Positions 17,371-27,929 of a stretch of DNA of 64,000 bases are shown piece by piece. Position 1 is the stretch's first letter, and every line of letters begins with the position of its first letter. Source of the DNA: Magnetococcales bacterium (lineage in GTDB: Bacteria; Pseudomonadota; Magnetococcia; Magnetococcales; UBA8363); the NCBI GenBank assembly GCA_015228925.1, contig JADGCQ010000008.1:2249-66248 (forward strand), written 5' to 3'. A program made the translations under genes and the position numbers. The notes below the pieces were generated by a model. The model made no database searches. It saw only the letters and a list, made by a program, of their open reading frames with translations, and was not told the DNA's origin.

Positions 17371-18825
17371 TTAAGCATTGTCATTCACCTCAGCCGATGG
17401 ACCATTTCCCCTATTTCCTGAATTTTTTCTCCTTTTTCGGCGGCGTTTTTTCCCAGGAGTCCCCCCTTCCCCCACTCCTTGGGTTTGGCCACTGACTCCA
17501 GAGTCAGCAGGCACCACCGATTGAGGGGCTTCCCGGTGACTGGAAACAACACCCGGCATCTCTCCAGAAGAACCATCCTGCACCGACACAGTTTTTTTCC
17601 GGTTTTTCCTTTTCCGCGAGCGTCGTTTTTCGTTCCCCAGATTTTCATTTTCCGCAAGATGTTTCGGACCTCCGCGATCATGAGGCGGAGCAGCCACCGC
17701 CGCGACCACGACCTCCTCTGTTATCTTCTCCTCGAAGTCTTCGGATACCGTTGGCATGGCAGAAGTGACTGCCGGTTTTTCGGGCAACAAGTCAGCCGCA
17801 GGACAATTTTCCCGCGTCCCATCGGCAAACTGGCATGTCACCCTTCCACGTAACGGCTGCACACTGCGAATGAGTACCTCCCGACCATCCCGGGTCCAAC
17901 GATTTTCTTTGACCACAGGCAATGATTCTCGCAGATGAATATAAGCTTCATTTTCATACGCCAAGCAACACATCAAACGGCCACAGACCCCTGAAATACC
18001 ATCTGGATTGAGGGATAAATCCTGGTTCTTGGCCATTCTGACCGATACCGGATGAAATTTCTGCAAATATTGTGAACAACAAAAATCTTTCCCACAATGG
18101 CCGACCCCTCCCAAAAGACGGGTTTCATCCCGAACGCCCACATGCCGCATCTCCACACGAACACTGAGTTCTTCCGATAATTGTTTGACCAAATCGCGGA
18201 AATCGACCCGAACTTCCGAAGTAAAATAAAAGATTGCCTTGGTACCACCGGGTTGATAAATCACGCGGGATAGTTTCATCGGCAATGCTGCCCGTCGAAT
18301 CATATCCCGACCCAAAATCTTGGCTTTAAGCTCTTTCTCCCGACGGGCATCGGCCTGACTGGACTCGTGTTCCCCAATTTTGCGGATAATGCGCGTGATG
18401 CTGCCCGGATAAAGCTTTCTTGGATCATTTTTTCCGGTATAGACCATGTTGGAAACAAATATGACACACCCCTCCGCTTCACCATCTTTTGTTTGCAACA
18501 ACAACCGATCCCCTGGGGCCAGATCGGGAAAACTGGCAACCAAACGATAGACCATACTGGATTCACGCAATCGGATTCCCAAGATCCGTCTCTCTGGTCT
18601 CCCAGAGCGCGAGGCTGGCCTCTGCGGCTTCCGTGTCGGGCTGTCATGGGAAAGTATGGGGTAATCCACATCCCCCCCATCATCGTGGGACTCTCCAGAA
18701 GAGTCCGCCGTGCGGTCGAGATTCCCTCCCGCTTCACCGGCTACCGACGGCTGATATTCCCCCTGGAGGCAATCCGATTGGCTTTCATCCAGATTTTGTT
18801 GTTCACCCTCAAGACCAATGCTCAA
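17371..18825 (-). CDS. PSP1 domain protein (RicT/YaaT family) with disordered extensions
   Basis: RVDFRDLVK, VGVRDE, CGKDFCC, SVRMAKNQDLSLNP..ISGVCGRLMCCL. Confidence 0.9.
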   Translation of the reverse strand: MSIGLEGEQQNLDESQSDCLQGEYQPSVAGEAGGNLDRTADSSGESHDDGGDVDYPILSHDSPTRKPQRPASRSGRPERRILGIRLRESSMVYRLVASFPDLAPGDRLLLQTKDGEAEGCVIFVSNMVYTGKNDPRKLYPGSITRIIRKIGEHESSQADARREKELKAKILGRDMIRRAALPMKLSRVIYQPGGTKAIFYFTSEVRVDFRDLVKQLSEELSVRVEMRHVGVRDETRLLGGVGHCGKDFCCSQYLQKFHPVSVRMAKNQDLSLNPDGISGVCGRLMCCLAYENEAYIHLRESLPVVKENRWTRDGREVLIRSVQPLRGRVTCQFADGTRENCPAADLLPEKPAVTSAMPTVSEDFEEKITEEVVVAAVAAPPHDRGGPKHLAENENLGNEKRRSRKRKNRKKTVSVQDGSSGEMPGVVSSHREAPQSVVPADSGVSGQTQGVGEGGTPGKKRRRKRRKNSGNRGNGPSAEVNDNA

Positions 18826-19784
18826 AGAACAGCTCCCGAAATCCGCAACACCTTGATAAAAATTCCTTCAAGAAGCAGACGTTTGTTAATATTATTGGTT
18901 TCTGCCAATGAAAAAAATTCGTTGGCGAAGCTCTCCACCGTCAACCATGCACGCACACGCTGCGGTCGGCTTCCAGAGGTCACACAGTCACGAACTTTTT
19001 GGGTAATCCATTGACGCATGACAAACTGCGCCAGTGCAAAACGTTCGGCCTGGGACCAATACTCGGCCACTTCACACAATTTTCCCAAGCGTCCCGCCCG
19101 CATCAGTTGTTCCATTTCCTGAATCAGTTGCTGACACTCCGTAAGCTGCCCCTCGCGGACAAAACGCAAAGCAAACCCCAAATCACCTTCCGAATAGTTC
19201 CGTACCGTTTCCCATTGGTCATCCGCCAAATCGATCTGTCCCCGAAGAATGTGAGAAAAATCTTCTTGGGATAAGGCATGGAAATAATACTTCACGCAAC
19301 GGGAACGAATCGTCGCCAACAGCACCCCCGGACGACACGTCACCAAAATCACCACAGAATTGGCCGGCGGTTCTTCCAAAGTTTTGAGCAATGCATTGGC
19401 CGCTGCCGCATTCATCTGCGCCGCATCATCGACAATCGCCACTTTCCAATTGGACTCCATGGGAGTCAGGGAAAGAAACCGAGTCAATTCACGGATTTGA
19501 TCGACCGAAATTCTGGTTTTCCCCTCTTCTTTTTCCACCCACTGCAAATCGGCATGACACCGCAGTTCCACCTTGTGGCAGGCTGCACACTGTTGACACC
19601 CCAGTTGCGATGCTCCCGCATTCTGGGGATTGGTACACAAAAGGGCCTGGGCATAGTGATGGGCGACCGTCGCTTTCCCAATGCCCGATGGTCCGGCAAA
19701 AAGGGAGGAATGGGCCAAGTCTCCCGAATGCAGACCCGACTGCAACCCCCGAATGATTTCATGATGCCCGATAAGTTCACGCAA
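18822..19784 (-). CDS. holB: DNA polymerase III delta-prime subunit
   Basis: GPSGIGKA, CQQCAAC zinc module, AANALLKTLEEPP, TIRSRC; follows tmk. Confidence 0.93.
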   Translation of the reverse strand: MRELIGHHEIIRGLQSGLHSGDLAHSSLFAGPSGIGKATVAHHYAQALLCTNPQNAGASQLGCQQCAACHKVELRCHADLQWVEKEEGKTRISVDQIRELTRFLSLTPMESNWKVAIVDDAAQMNAAAANALLKTLEEPPANSVVILVTCRPGVLLATIRSRCVKYYFHALSQEDFSHILRGQIDLADDQWETVRNYSEGDLGFALRFVREGQLTECQQLIQEMEQLMRAGRLGKLCEVAEYWSQAERFALAQFVMRQWITQKVRDCVTSGSRPQRVRAWLTVESFANEFFSLAETNNINKRLLLEGIFIKVLRISGAVL

Positions 19785-20445
19785 CTTCAGGAAAACCCCC
19801 CTTGACCGCTTTCCAAACCGCTTCCATAACGATTTCTTCGGAACTCATGGCATCGATCACCCGAAACCGCCTGGGATCATTCCGGGCAAGCGTGATAAAT
19901 CCCTCATGGACCCGTTGGTGAAAAGCCGCCTCTTCCATTTCAAAGCGGGCTTCAGCACCTTGACCGTTGAGAAGCCCCCATTTTTCCTTTGCCCGCTCGA
20001 TCCCATCCTGGGGATCCATGGTCAACAAGATGGTCAGATCGGGAACCCATCCTCCCAGTGCCCATCCATGCAACATCTCAATAAACGACCTCTCCATCCC
20101 GCGCCCAAATCCCTGATAGGCCAGAGTGCTATCAAAAAAACGGTCACAAACGACCCATTTTCCTTGTTTTAACGCAGGCTGAATCAATTGTCGGACATGT
20201 TCAATCCGGGCAGCGGTCATCAGCAGCAACTCGGTCTTTGCATCCATGGTCTCTGGAGACCCCGATACCAAAAGGTGTCTGAGCCGCTCCGAGAAAGGAC
20301 ATCCACCCGGTTCCCGCGTCCGCACAACCTCGATGCCACAACGCTCCAACCGTTGGGATAATCGTTGGGATTGGGTCGATTTGCCAACCCCATCGCCCCC
20401 TTCAAAGGAGATAAACTTCCCTTGAAAAGGACCGCGATCATTCAT
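19777..20445 (-). CDS. tmk: thymidylate kinase
   Basis: FEGGDGVGKSTQ, TREPGG, CDRFFDSTLAYQG. Confidence 0.96.
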   Translation of the reverse strand: MNDRGPFQGKFISFEGGDGVGKSTQSQRLSQRLERCGIEVVRTREPGGCPFSERLRHLLVSGSPETMDAKTELLLMTAARIEHVRQLIQPALKQGKWVVCDRFFDSTLAYQGFGRGMERSFIEMLHGWALGGWVPDLTILLTMDPQDGIERAKEKWGLLNGQGAEARFEMEEAAFHQRVHEGFITLARNDPRRFRVIDAMSSEEIVMEAVWKAVKGGFPEVA

Positions 20446-20456
20446 GGCCGACCGGT

Positions 20457-21461
20457 TCAGGGGTGACGTTTGCCGCGCCGCTGATAAGTATCCACATTCT
20501 TTTCATGTTCCTCCAGGGTAGATGAAAATACGTGTGCCCCATTGCCATTGGCTACAAAATACAAAGATCGGGTAGACTCGGGATAAAACACCGCATGGAT
20601 AGAGGCGCGTCCAGGATTGCAAATGGGGGTGGGAGGCAATCCCTTGCGCATATAGGTATTGTACGGGGTCGATGTGGTCAAATGCTTCCGGGTGATGTTG
20701 CCGTCAAAATTTGCGATACCATAAATGACCGTGGGATCGCTCTGCAACATCATATCGCGCTTGAGGCGATTTTGAAACACGCCAGAGATCAACGGACGCT
20801 CAGACCCCTGCCCCGTCTCCTTCTCGACAATGGAAGCAAGAATCAGTGCCTGGTATGCGGTAAACTTGAAATCCTTGGGGCGATGATCCCACTCCTCCTG
20901 CAACGTCTTTTTGGCCCTTGCCACCATCCGACGGGTCATATCCACAACCAGATCACCGCTACGATAAAAATAGGTGTCTGGAAACATCCACCCCTCCAAA
21001 TGGCCACCATCCAGACGCAGACCCTGCGCAAACATCGGATCCAGCACCACACTCCCGGCATCCTTCCAGCCTTGCTTTTCCATCAACACAACAATTTCTT
21101 TGAGCGAAAGACCCTCCGGGACCACAAAGCGCAGCTTGGTAACACCCGTTCCATCCTGTAGCTGCGCAAGAACAGCACCGGGGAGCCGTCCCTGTTCAAA
21201 ACGGTACTCCCCGGCTTGGACAACAAGCTGATTGGTCACTTTCGCCAACAACACCATCCAAAAAGCGGAAGAGACAACCCCTTGCGCTTCCAGAACCCGC
21301 GAAACCCTGTGCAGATTCCATCCCTTCTGGATGGAGATTATTTTTGTTTCTGGCACCTGTCGGCGATAAAACGACACAAAATCAAAACCCACAGCTCCCG
21401 ACACAACGACCAACACAGTCAGGATAATCCAACCAACTCTTAAAATTTTCCTACCGTTCAA
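20457..21461 (-). CDS. mltG: endolytic transglycosylase
   Basis: N-terminal TM, EGWMFPDTY, LASIVEKE, LQSDPTV, YNTY..GLPPTPICNPG; TTG start overlapping the fabF stop. Confidence 0.94.
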   Translation of the reverse strand: MNGRKILRVGWIILTVLVVVSGAVGFDFVSFYRRQVPETKIISIQKGWNLHRVSRVLEAQGVVSSAFWMVLLAKVTNQLVVQAGEYRFEQGRLPGAVLAQLQDGTGVTKLRFVVPEGLSLKEIVVLMEKQGWKDAGSVVLDPMFAQGLRLDGGHLEGWMFPDTYFYRSGDLVVDMTRRMVARAKKTLQEEWDHRPKDFKFTAYQALILASIVEKETGQGSERPLISGVFQNRLKRDMMLQSDPTVIYGIANFDGNITRKHLTTSTPYNTYMRKGLPPTPICNPGRASIHAVFYPESTRSLYFVANGNGAHVFSSTLEEHEKNVDTYQRRGKRHP

Positions 21462-22702
21462 CGCACACGCTTCAGCAGCAAACTCGAATTCGTCCCACCA
21501 AATCCAAAGGAATTGGTCAAGGCACACGCCATGTCCACATCCCTTGCCGTATGGGGTACGTAATCAAGGTCACACTCTGGATCGGGAGAGTCCAAATTAA
21601 TGGTCGGAGGCACCACCTGGTGATAAAGGGCCAACGCCGTAAAAATCGCCTCAACCCCTCCCGCCGCACCCAAGAGATGGCCTGTCATCGATTTGGTCGA
21701 AGAAACCAACAATTGCTTCTTAGCCTCCTCCGCGCCAAAAACCAACTTCATCGCCTGTGTTTCCACAGCGTCTCCCAAAGGGGTCGATGTCCCGTGGGCA
21801 TTGATGTAGCGAACCGCATCGGGATTCGTTTTGGCATCGTTGAGCGCATTACGCATACACGTCGCTGCACCCATCCCATCGGGCGACGGTGCCGTGATAT
21901 GGTAAGCATCTCCCGACATCCCATAACCCGCCACTTCGGCGTAGATGACAGCCCCGCGCTTTTGGGCCATTTCCATCTCTTCCAGGACAACAACCCCCGC
22001 CCCTTCCGCAATGACAAAGCCATCGCGGTCTTTATCCCACGGGCGGGAAGCCTTCGTCGGTTCATCATTGCGTGTGGACAATGCTTTGGCGGCGGCAAAT
22101 CCTCCGACCCCCAATTCGCAAATCGCCGCTTCGGCCCCACCGGCGATCATAACATCCGCATCGCCCCGACGGATCATCGCCATGGCGTCGCCGATGGCGT
22201 GATTGCCCGTTGCACAAGCCGTCACAGGGGCATGATTCGGACCCTTCAACCCAAACAATATCGCTACATGACCCGAAATCAAATTGATCAATGACATGGG
22301 GATGAAAAACGGCGAAATTCGTCGTGGTCCCTTCTCTTTCAAAACCATCGCCTGATTTTGAATCGCCGTCAAACCACCAATGCCGGAACCGATGGTCACG
22401 CCAATACGATGCGCGTTTTCCTCGGTAACCACAATGCCGGCCTCTTTCCATGCCAACTGCGCCGCCGCCAGCCCAAAATGCATGAAAAGGTCCATCTTGC
22501 GAAGCTCTTTTTTATCAAGCCAATCTTCCGCCTTGAACCCCCTGCATTCACCGGCTATCCGGCTTGCATATTCTGTGGCATCAAAACGGGTGATCGTCCC
22601 GACACCCGAACGACCCGATATCAAACCGGACCACGTTTCCTGGGTTCCCACGCCAAGTGGGGTGACCAACCCTAGGCCTGTTATGACCACACGACGGTTC
22701 AC
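21458..22702 (-). CDS. fabF: 3-oxoacyl-ACP synthase II
   Basis: TACATG, INAHGTST, KSMTGHLLGAAG, NSFGFGG. Confidence 0.97.
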   Translation of the reverse strand: MNRRVVITGLGLVTPLGVGTQETWSGLISGRSGVGTITRFDATEYASRIAGECRGFKAEDWLDKKELRKMDLFMHFGLAAAQLAWKEAGIVVTEENAHRIGVTIGSGIGGLTAIQNQAMVLKEKGPRRISPFFIPMSLINLISGHVAILFGLKGPNHAPVTACATGNHAIGDAMAMIRRGDADVMIAGGAEAAICELGVGGFAAAKALSTRNDEPTKASRPWDKDRDGFVIAEGAGVVVLEEMEMAQKRGAVIYAEVAGYGMSGDAYHITAPSPDGMGAATCMRNALNDAKTNPDAVRYINAHGTSTPLGDAVETQAMKLVFGAEEAKKQLLVSSTKSMTGHLLGAAGGVEAIFTALALYHQVVPPTINLDSPDPECDLDYVPHTARDVDMACALTNSFGFGGTNSSLLLKRVR

Positions 22703-22811
22703 GTTCCTGGTTCTCCCTGAAATATGTCTGTTGAAATACGCACCTTACCAGACCTCTGCCATCGCCCGTCACCATCCGTCCTTCGCAAGACCGCTTGTCA
22801 CCATGGCAAAA

Positions 22812-23048
22812 TCATGAAGTCTGTTTTTCGATGTATGCAATCGCTTGGCGTACTGTTTGAATTTTTTCCGCCGCATCATCTGGAATTTCCATCCCAAACT
22901 CTTCTTCCAACGCCATCACCAGTTCCACCGTATCCAAAGAGTCGGCTCCAAGATCGTCCACAAAGTTGGCATCATCGGTCACCTGGCTTGCTTCCACCTG
23001 GAGCTGTTCTACAACGATTTTCTTGACTCTCTCGGCAATTGTACTCAT
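22812..23048 (-). CDS. acpP: acyl carrier protein
   Basis: [20 protein letters not shown]. Confidence 0.98.
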   Translation of the reverse strand: MSTIAERVKKIVVEQLQVEASQVTDDANFVDDLGADSLDTVELVMALEEEFGMEIPDDAAEKIQTVRQAIAYIEKQTS

Positions 23049-23121
23049 TATTTTCCCCTGTTATAGGATTGTGGTCCATCACGTTGGCCGAACCGGGATA
23101 CGAAACCTGACATATCCCCGA

Positions 23122-23859
23122 TCAACCCATATACATTCCCCCATTCACATGCAAGGTCTCACCGGTAATATATCGAGATGAATCGGCAGCCAGGAAACAG
23201 ACAGCATGAGCCACATCTTCGGGTGTACCCATCGCCCCCATCGGAATCCGGGAGAGGATAGCCTCACTCGCTTTGGGATTCAACTTATCTGTCATAGCCG
23301 TCCGAATAAAGCCAGGGGCAACGCAATTGGCTGTAATATTCCTCGAAGCAACTTCCGCCGCCAGACTTTTGGTAAACCCCATCAGCCCCGCTTTGGAGGC
23401 GGCATAGTTGGCTTGACCGGCATTACCCGTCGCCCCCACCACCGAGGCGATGTTGACGATCCGACCATACCGGGCTTTCATCATGGGTTTCAATATCAAC
23501 CGGGTCAACTTGAAAATACTCGTCAGATTGACCGAAAGGACACTATCCCACTCATCGTCCTTCATACGCATCAACAAATTATCCCGGGTGATTCCCGCAT
23601 TATTGACCAGGATATCCACCTTTCCAAAAACATCCATCACCTGATCGACAACCCGGGACAAATCGTCAGACTTGGTAACATCCGCTTCGATGGCGATGGA
23701 CTCCGGCGCCAAAAGACGCACTTCCGCCAACGCATCCTGAAGATCACCGGGGACATTGCTCATCAAGACCACCCTAGCTCTCCGCCTGGCCATATCATTG
23801 GCGATCACCCGTCCAATACCGCTACTGGAACCGGTGACAATGGCAATACGGCCCTCCAT
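23122..23859 (-). CDS. fabG: 3-oxoacyl-ACP reductase
   Basis: TGSSSGIG, NNAGITRD, YAASK. Confidence 0.96.
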   Translation of the reverse strand: MEGRIAIVTGSSSGIGRVIANDMARRRARVVLMSNVPGDLQDALAEVRLLAPESIAIEADVTKSDDLSRVVDQVMDVFGKVDILVNNAGITRDNLLMRMKDDEWDSVLSVNLTSIFKLTRLILKPMMKARYGRIVNIASVVGATGNAGQANYAASKAGLMGFTKSLAAEVASRNITANCVAPGFIRTAMTDKLNPKASEAILSRIPMGAMGTPEDVAHAVCFLAADSSRYITGETLHVNGGMYMG

Positions 23860-24845
23860 TAAACCGACGCCCTTCTGCCAAGACCCACCGCCGTCCCCAT
23901 CAGGATCTCATCTTCTTGAATCGCCGCTATGTCCCCAGGAACACTGACGCCATAAATCCTGGCATCGCCCGCCATTCTTTTCAACATTCCAGAAAGAACC
24001 CGCCCTGTCCCCAGTTCAATAAACGTATCCACCCCCAATTCCAACAACCGTTCCATGGAATCCTGCCAACGGACCGGAGCGGTCACCTGTTCCACCAGCA
24101 ACTGCCGCACTTCCTCGGCACTTTGCACCTCTTTCCCAGTCACATTGGCGATCAAGGGGGTTTTTAAATCAGACATCGCCGTTTCCGCCAAGGCTTTTTC
24201 CATCACGGTAGCCGCCGGTGCCATCAACGGACAATGAAAAGGGGCTGCCACCGCCAATGCGATACAACGACGTGCCCCTTTCAGTTTGGCCAGTTCCAAT
24301 GCCCGATCCACCGCCTCTTTATGGCCGGAAATCACAACTTGGGCGGACGTGTTATAATTGGCCGGAACGCAGACCTTCCCCGTATCCCTGGCCGCATCCT
24401 GGCAAACCTCTTCCACCACATCCATATCCATATTCATCATGGCCGCCATGGCCCCAACGCCTGGGGGGACCGCCTCGCGCATGGATTGCCCGCGCAAGCG
24501 CACCAATCGAATCGCATCCGCCTTGGAAAACCCGCCAGCCGCCGCTATGGCAGCATATTCCCCCAAAGAGTGCCCCGCCACATAGTCTGGAACCAATCCG
24601 GTCTCCTCAACCATATGGGTCAGTGCCGCCAGCCCCGTCGTCACCAAAGCGGGCTGCGCATTCTCGGTCCAGGTCAATTTTTCCTTGGGACCATCAAACA
24701 TCAGCCGCGTTAAAGAAAAATCAACAACCCGGTCCGCCAGATGAAACACATCGCCAACCTGGCCACCAAGCTGGGCCAACTCTTGACCCATCCCAACATC
24801 CTGCGCCCCTTGCCCAGGAAACAAAAAAGCAATTTTCCCCATCAC
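23859..24845 (-). CDS. fabD: malonyl-CoA-ACP transacylase
   Basis: FPGQGAQ, AQPAL, GHSLGEY, APFHC. Confidence 0.96.
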   Translation of the reverse strand: MMGKIAFLFPGQGAQDVGMGQELAQLGGQVGDVFHLADRVVDFSLTRLMFDGPKEKLTWTENAQPALVTTGLAALTHMVEETGLVPDYVAGHSLGEYAAIAAAGGFSKADAIRLVRLRGQSMREAVPPGVGAMAAMMNMDMDVVEEVCQDAARDTGKVCVPANYNTSAQVVISGHKEAVDRALELAKLKGARRCIALAVAAPFHCPLMAPAATVMEKALAETAMSDLKTPLIANVTGKEVQSAEEVRQLLVEQVTAPVRWQDSMERLLELGVDTFIELGTGRVLSGMLKRMAGDARIYGVSVPGDIAAIQEDEILMGTAVGLGRRASV

Positions 24846-25085
24846 TCAATCCTCTGGATTATGAATGGATGCCTCAAGAAGAACCAAAACCTTTCCCATA
24901 CCAACGTTCTTCCTGACCCAATGTGTTTGTCCCATCCAGTCGCAACAGCCCAACCTGCCACCCGATGGTCGTATCACGCGCCCTTGCCAACCTGGCACAC
25001 CAACCTAGCGTTCTTTAATGTATGCAAATCCAGGTCCATCCGCAACGGTCCAACATACCAGCACACCCTCAACCAAGGCCAATAT

Positions 25086-25631
25086 TCAAGAATGATGGCC
25101 GTGTCCACTACGGATCAGCTCGTCTTTAATATCGTTAAGCTCCAAAAAATCGTCAGCCTGCCGCCGCAGTTCATCGGCGATCATGGGTGGCTGCGTCAAC
25201 AAAGAACTGATGACCGTCACATGTTTGCCTTGGTCCTGTACCGCCTCCACAACACTACGGAAATCGCCGTCTCCCGAAAATAGGACGGCATGGTCATAAT
25301 AGGGGGCCATCCGCAACATCCCCACCGCGATCTCAATATCCATATTACCCTTGGTCCGCTTGTGCCCCGTCACCGGATCCACATATTCCTTGATGGGCTT
25401 GGTGATCACGGCAAAGCCATTGTACGCCAGCCAATCCACCAACGGACGAATCGGAGAATAATCCTGATCATCCCCCAAGGCCGTATAATAATAGGCACGA
25501 ACCAAACGGCACCGCTTTTGAAAATAAATTAACAATTTTTTATAGTCAAAATCAAACCCCAGCGAGCGAATCGCCGCATAAAGATTCGATCCATCGATAA
25601 AAATAGTTGCCCGTTCATCGGCGTGAAACAT
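25086..25631 (-). CDS. NYN domain protein (LabA/DUF88, PIN-like)
   Basis: IFIDGSNL, KGNMDIEIAV, LFSGDGDF, ELRRQADDF. Confidence 0.9.
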   Translation of the reverse strand: MFHADERATIFIDGSNLYAAIRSLGFDFDYKKLLIYFQKRCRLVRAYYYTALGDDQDYSPIRPLVDWLAYNGFAVITKPIKEYVDPVTGHKRTKGNMDIEIAVGMLRMAPYYDHAVLFSGDGDFRSVVEAVQDQGKHVTVISSLLTQPPMIADELRRQADDFLELNDIKDELIRSGHGHHS

Positions 25632-25637
25632 GTTTTT

Positions 25638-26099
25638 CTACCTTTCAGCATTCCGGGAATCCCCAGTGACACCAGAGCCACGGGAATTTTCATCCGGTAT
25701 CGGACGTGTTGTAATGGCCAAACGCTTGGCCCCCATCAATCGGGCTTCATCCAGGGCAAACACCACCGCGCCATGGGAGGTTTCCTGATCGGCCTCCACC
25801 GCAATCAACCGCTCGCTTTGACCTCCCGCAATCCGAAGCAACCGTTGCCTGAATGCGTTTTTTTCTACCGACTCACCGTCAATGGCATAGCTTCCCTTCT
25901 TATCCACCGTGATCGTGATACGCTCCAACTCCCCTTCAGCCATTGTGCCCGTCCTCGCCATGGGGGCACTGATATCCATCAACTGCTGTGCGCTGAAACT
26001 GGTGGTCACCATGAAAAAAATCAACAATAAAAAAACAACATCAACGAGCGGTGTGATATCCAACGACAATGACCGATCCACTCTGCGTCTGAATCCCAT
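25638..26099 (-). CDS. exbD: ExbD/TolR biopolymer transporter
   Basis: DITPLVDVVFLLLIFFMV. Confidence 0.92.
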   Translation of the reverse strand: MGFRRRVDRSLSLDITPLVDVVFLLLIFFMVTTSFSAQQLMDISAPMARTGTMAEGELERITITVDKKGSYAIDGESVEKNAFRQRLLRIAGGQSERLIAVEADQETSHGAVVFALDEARLMGAKRLAITTRPIPDENSRGSGVTGDSRNAER

Positions 26100-26113
26100 C
26101 GCACCACCATACT

Positions 26114-26719
26114 TTAGTTTTCCGACTTGATATGTTCAACGACCGTCATCGTAAACTGCTCCAATTCGGCGACATGACGATCGATCACCCGATGGAAATA
26201 CCGATGAAACGCCAAGGATGGAATCGCAACCGTCAAACCACCCACCGTCGTGTACAAGGCCTCGCCAATGCCACCCGCCAACGCACCCGGATCACCCACA
26301 CCCCGAACCGAAATGACCGAAAACACATCGATCATCCCTGTGACCGTCCCCAACAACCCCAACAAAGGGGCCACAGCGGCGATGGTCCCCAACAAAGTGA
26401 GATAGCGTTCCAGATGGATCACTTCAATGCGACCACACTCTCCCACCGCTTCCTTAATGACGCTGCGACGCTCGCCTGCCAACCGCAACCCGCATAACAC
26501 AATCCTGCCATAGGTACAACCACAGCGAACACAGGCATCCATGGCTTTGTTAATCTCGCCACGACCGACCCAGGAGGCGATCTCCTTGACCGCTTTTTCC
26601 GGTATGACCTGCTCTTTGCGCAAGGCCCACAGCCGCTCGATCACAATGGCCAAGGCGACCACGGAACAGATACCAATCGGTATCATGACCACGCCACCCT
26701 TGACAATGATTTCAAGCAT
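26114..26719 (-). CDS. exbB: MotA/TolQ/ExbB proton channel protein
   Basis: APLLGLLGTVTGMI, GIGEALYTTVGGL; start placed at MLEIIVKGG. Confidence 0.9.
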   Translation of the reverse strand: MLEIIVKGGVVMIPIGICSVVALAIVIERLWALRKEQVIPEKAVKEIASWVGRGEINKAMDACVRCGCTYGRIVLCGLRLAGERRSVIKEAVGECGRIEVIHLERYLTLLGTIAAVAPLLGLLGTVTGMIDVFSVISVRGVGDPGALAGGIGEALYTTVGGLTVAIPSLAFHRYFHRVIDRHVAELEQFTMTVVEHIKSEN

Positions 26720-26935
26720 GACCCGCCCGAACACTCCCGTCAACGTTGCTCCATCCTGCATCTGGGCCTGCGTCTGGGCCTGCGTCCAGGCGCAACAACG
26801 CACCGCAAACCAGCGCGTTTTCCACACCTCTTCCGACGCATGAAGAAGGCATCCCACACCTGTGTGCTAGAACTGAATGCTTACGTGTTTTGATTTTTCT
26901 ATTGGATGCGTGCATAGCGGAATGAAATGAATGAT

Positions 26936-27010
<75 letters not shown>

Positions 27011-27078
27011 TGAAATAATAAAGTAAAATAACCGTGTTCTCTTTTTACAAAGCTTTTAATAAAACAGACTTCCATTAA

Positions 27079-27155
27079 TGGAGGCCGGGGTGGGATTCGA
27101 ACCCACGAATAAAGGTTTTGCAGACCTCAGCGTTTGACCGCTTCGCCACCCGGCC
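27079..27155 (-). tRNA. tRNA-Cys(GCA)
   Basis: GGCCGGGT...GAGGT-CTGCAAA-ACCTT...GTTCGAATC...CCGGCCTCCA. Confidence 0.96.
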
Positions 27156-27164
27156 TTAAAAAAT

Positions 27165-27239
<75 letters not shown>

Positions 27240-27317
27240 ATACCGACCACAGTGCCACTTCAGGCTAAGGCAAGATCACGGAAACCTTCTTCAATCCGTC
27301 GCACCCTGGTGGCGTAT

Positions 27318-27346
27318 AATCTATTCAATGAAGCACCCCACGTCAA
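27318..27346 (-). promoter_or_regulatory. sigma70 promoter of the tRNA operon
   Basis: Minus strand TTGACG-N17-TAGATT with an A-rich UP-like tract upstream. Confidence 0.65.
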
Positions 27347-27365
27347 GTAGATTTATTTTGTTGTT

Positions 27366-27914
27366 TTAATTGTTTTTTTGAATCATGGGCCAAGCATCCC
27401 TGAAATACCGGAAACCGGAAACTAGGGAGAAAATAGTTGAAATATAAAGAAAAAACAATCCAATTTGTTGGAGCGGAACGTCCATCAACCCATCCTGCAC
27501 CAACAGCATCAGGATGGCCGCCATCTGAAATCCTGTCTTCCATTTGGCCTCCGAGGAGACCAAAATATGGCGTCCCAATCCTGCCATCCGTTCCCGCAAC
27601 GCCATGACCAGCACTTCTCTGGCCAGAGTGACCATCACCAGCAACAACGGTGCCCGTTGCATCCCCACCAACAGCACCAAGGCTGAAATCACCAGCAGTT
27701 TATCGGCAATGGGGTCAAAAAATCGCCCAAAATTGGTTGCCATGCCGTGTTGTCTGGCAAAATAGCCATCAAACCAGTCTGTCAACGCCGCCATTCCAAA
27801 CAGTGCCGTGGATATTATCAGACCCCAACGCCCAGGAACATAGGCAAACCCTACGAAAAAAGGTATCAAGGCGATCCGCAGTGCCGTCAAGGAGTTGGGA
27901 AGATTCCAAACCAT
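27366..27914 (-). CDS. pgsA: CDP-diacylglycerol--glycerol-3-phosphate 3-phosphatidyltransferase
   Basis: NLPNSLT, TDWFDGYFAR, FGRFFDPIADK; uvrC-pgsA-tRNA synteny. Confidence 0.95.
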   Translation of the reverse strand: MVWNLPNSLTALRIALIPFFVGFAYVPGRWGLIISTALFGMAALTDWFDGYFARQHGMATNFGRFFDPIADKLLVISALVLLVGMQRAPLLLVMVTLAREVLVMALRERMAGLGRHILVSSEAKWKTGFQMAAILMLLVQDGLMDVPLQQIGLFFLYISTIFSLVSGFRYFRDAWPMIQKNN

Positions 27915-27929
27915 GGATAATCCAAAAAC

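Noticed and set aside
26757-26792. Short 12-bp tandem repeat (CTGGGCCTGCGT) extending the exbB ORF upstream to 26857
   Set aside because: Only about 2.5 copies; the ExbB fold starts at 26719, so the extension is probably non-coding
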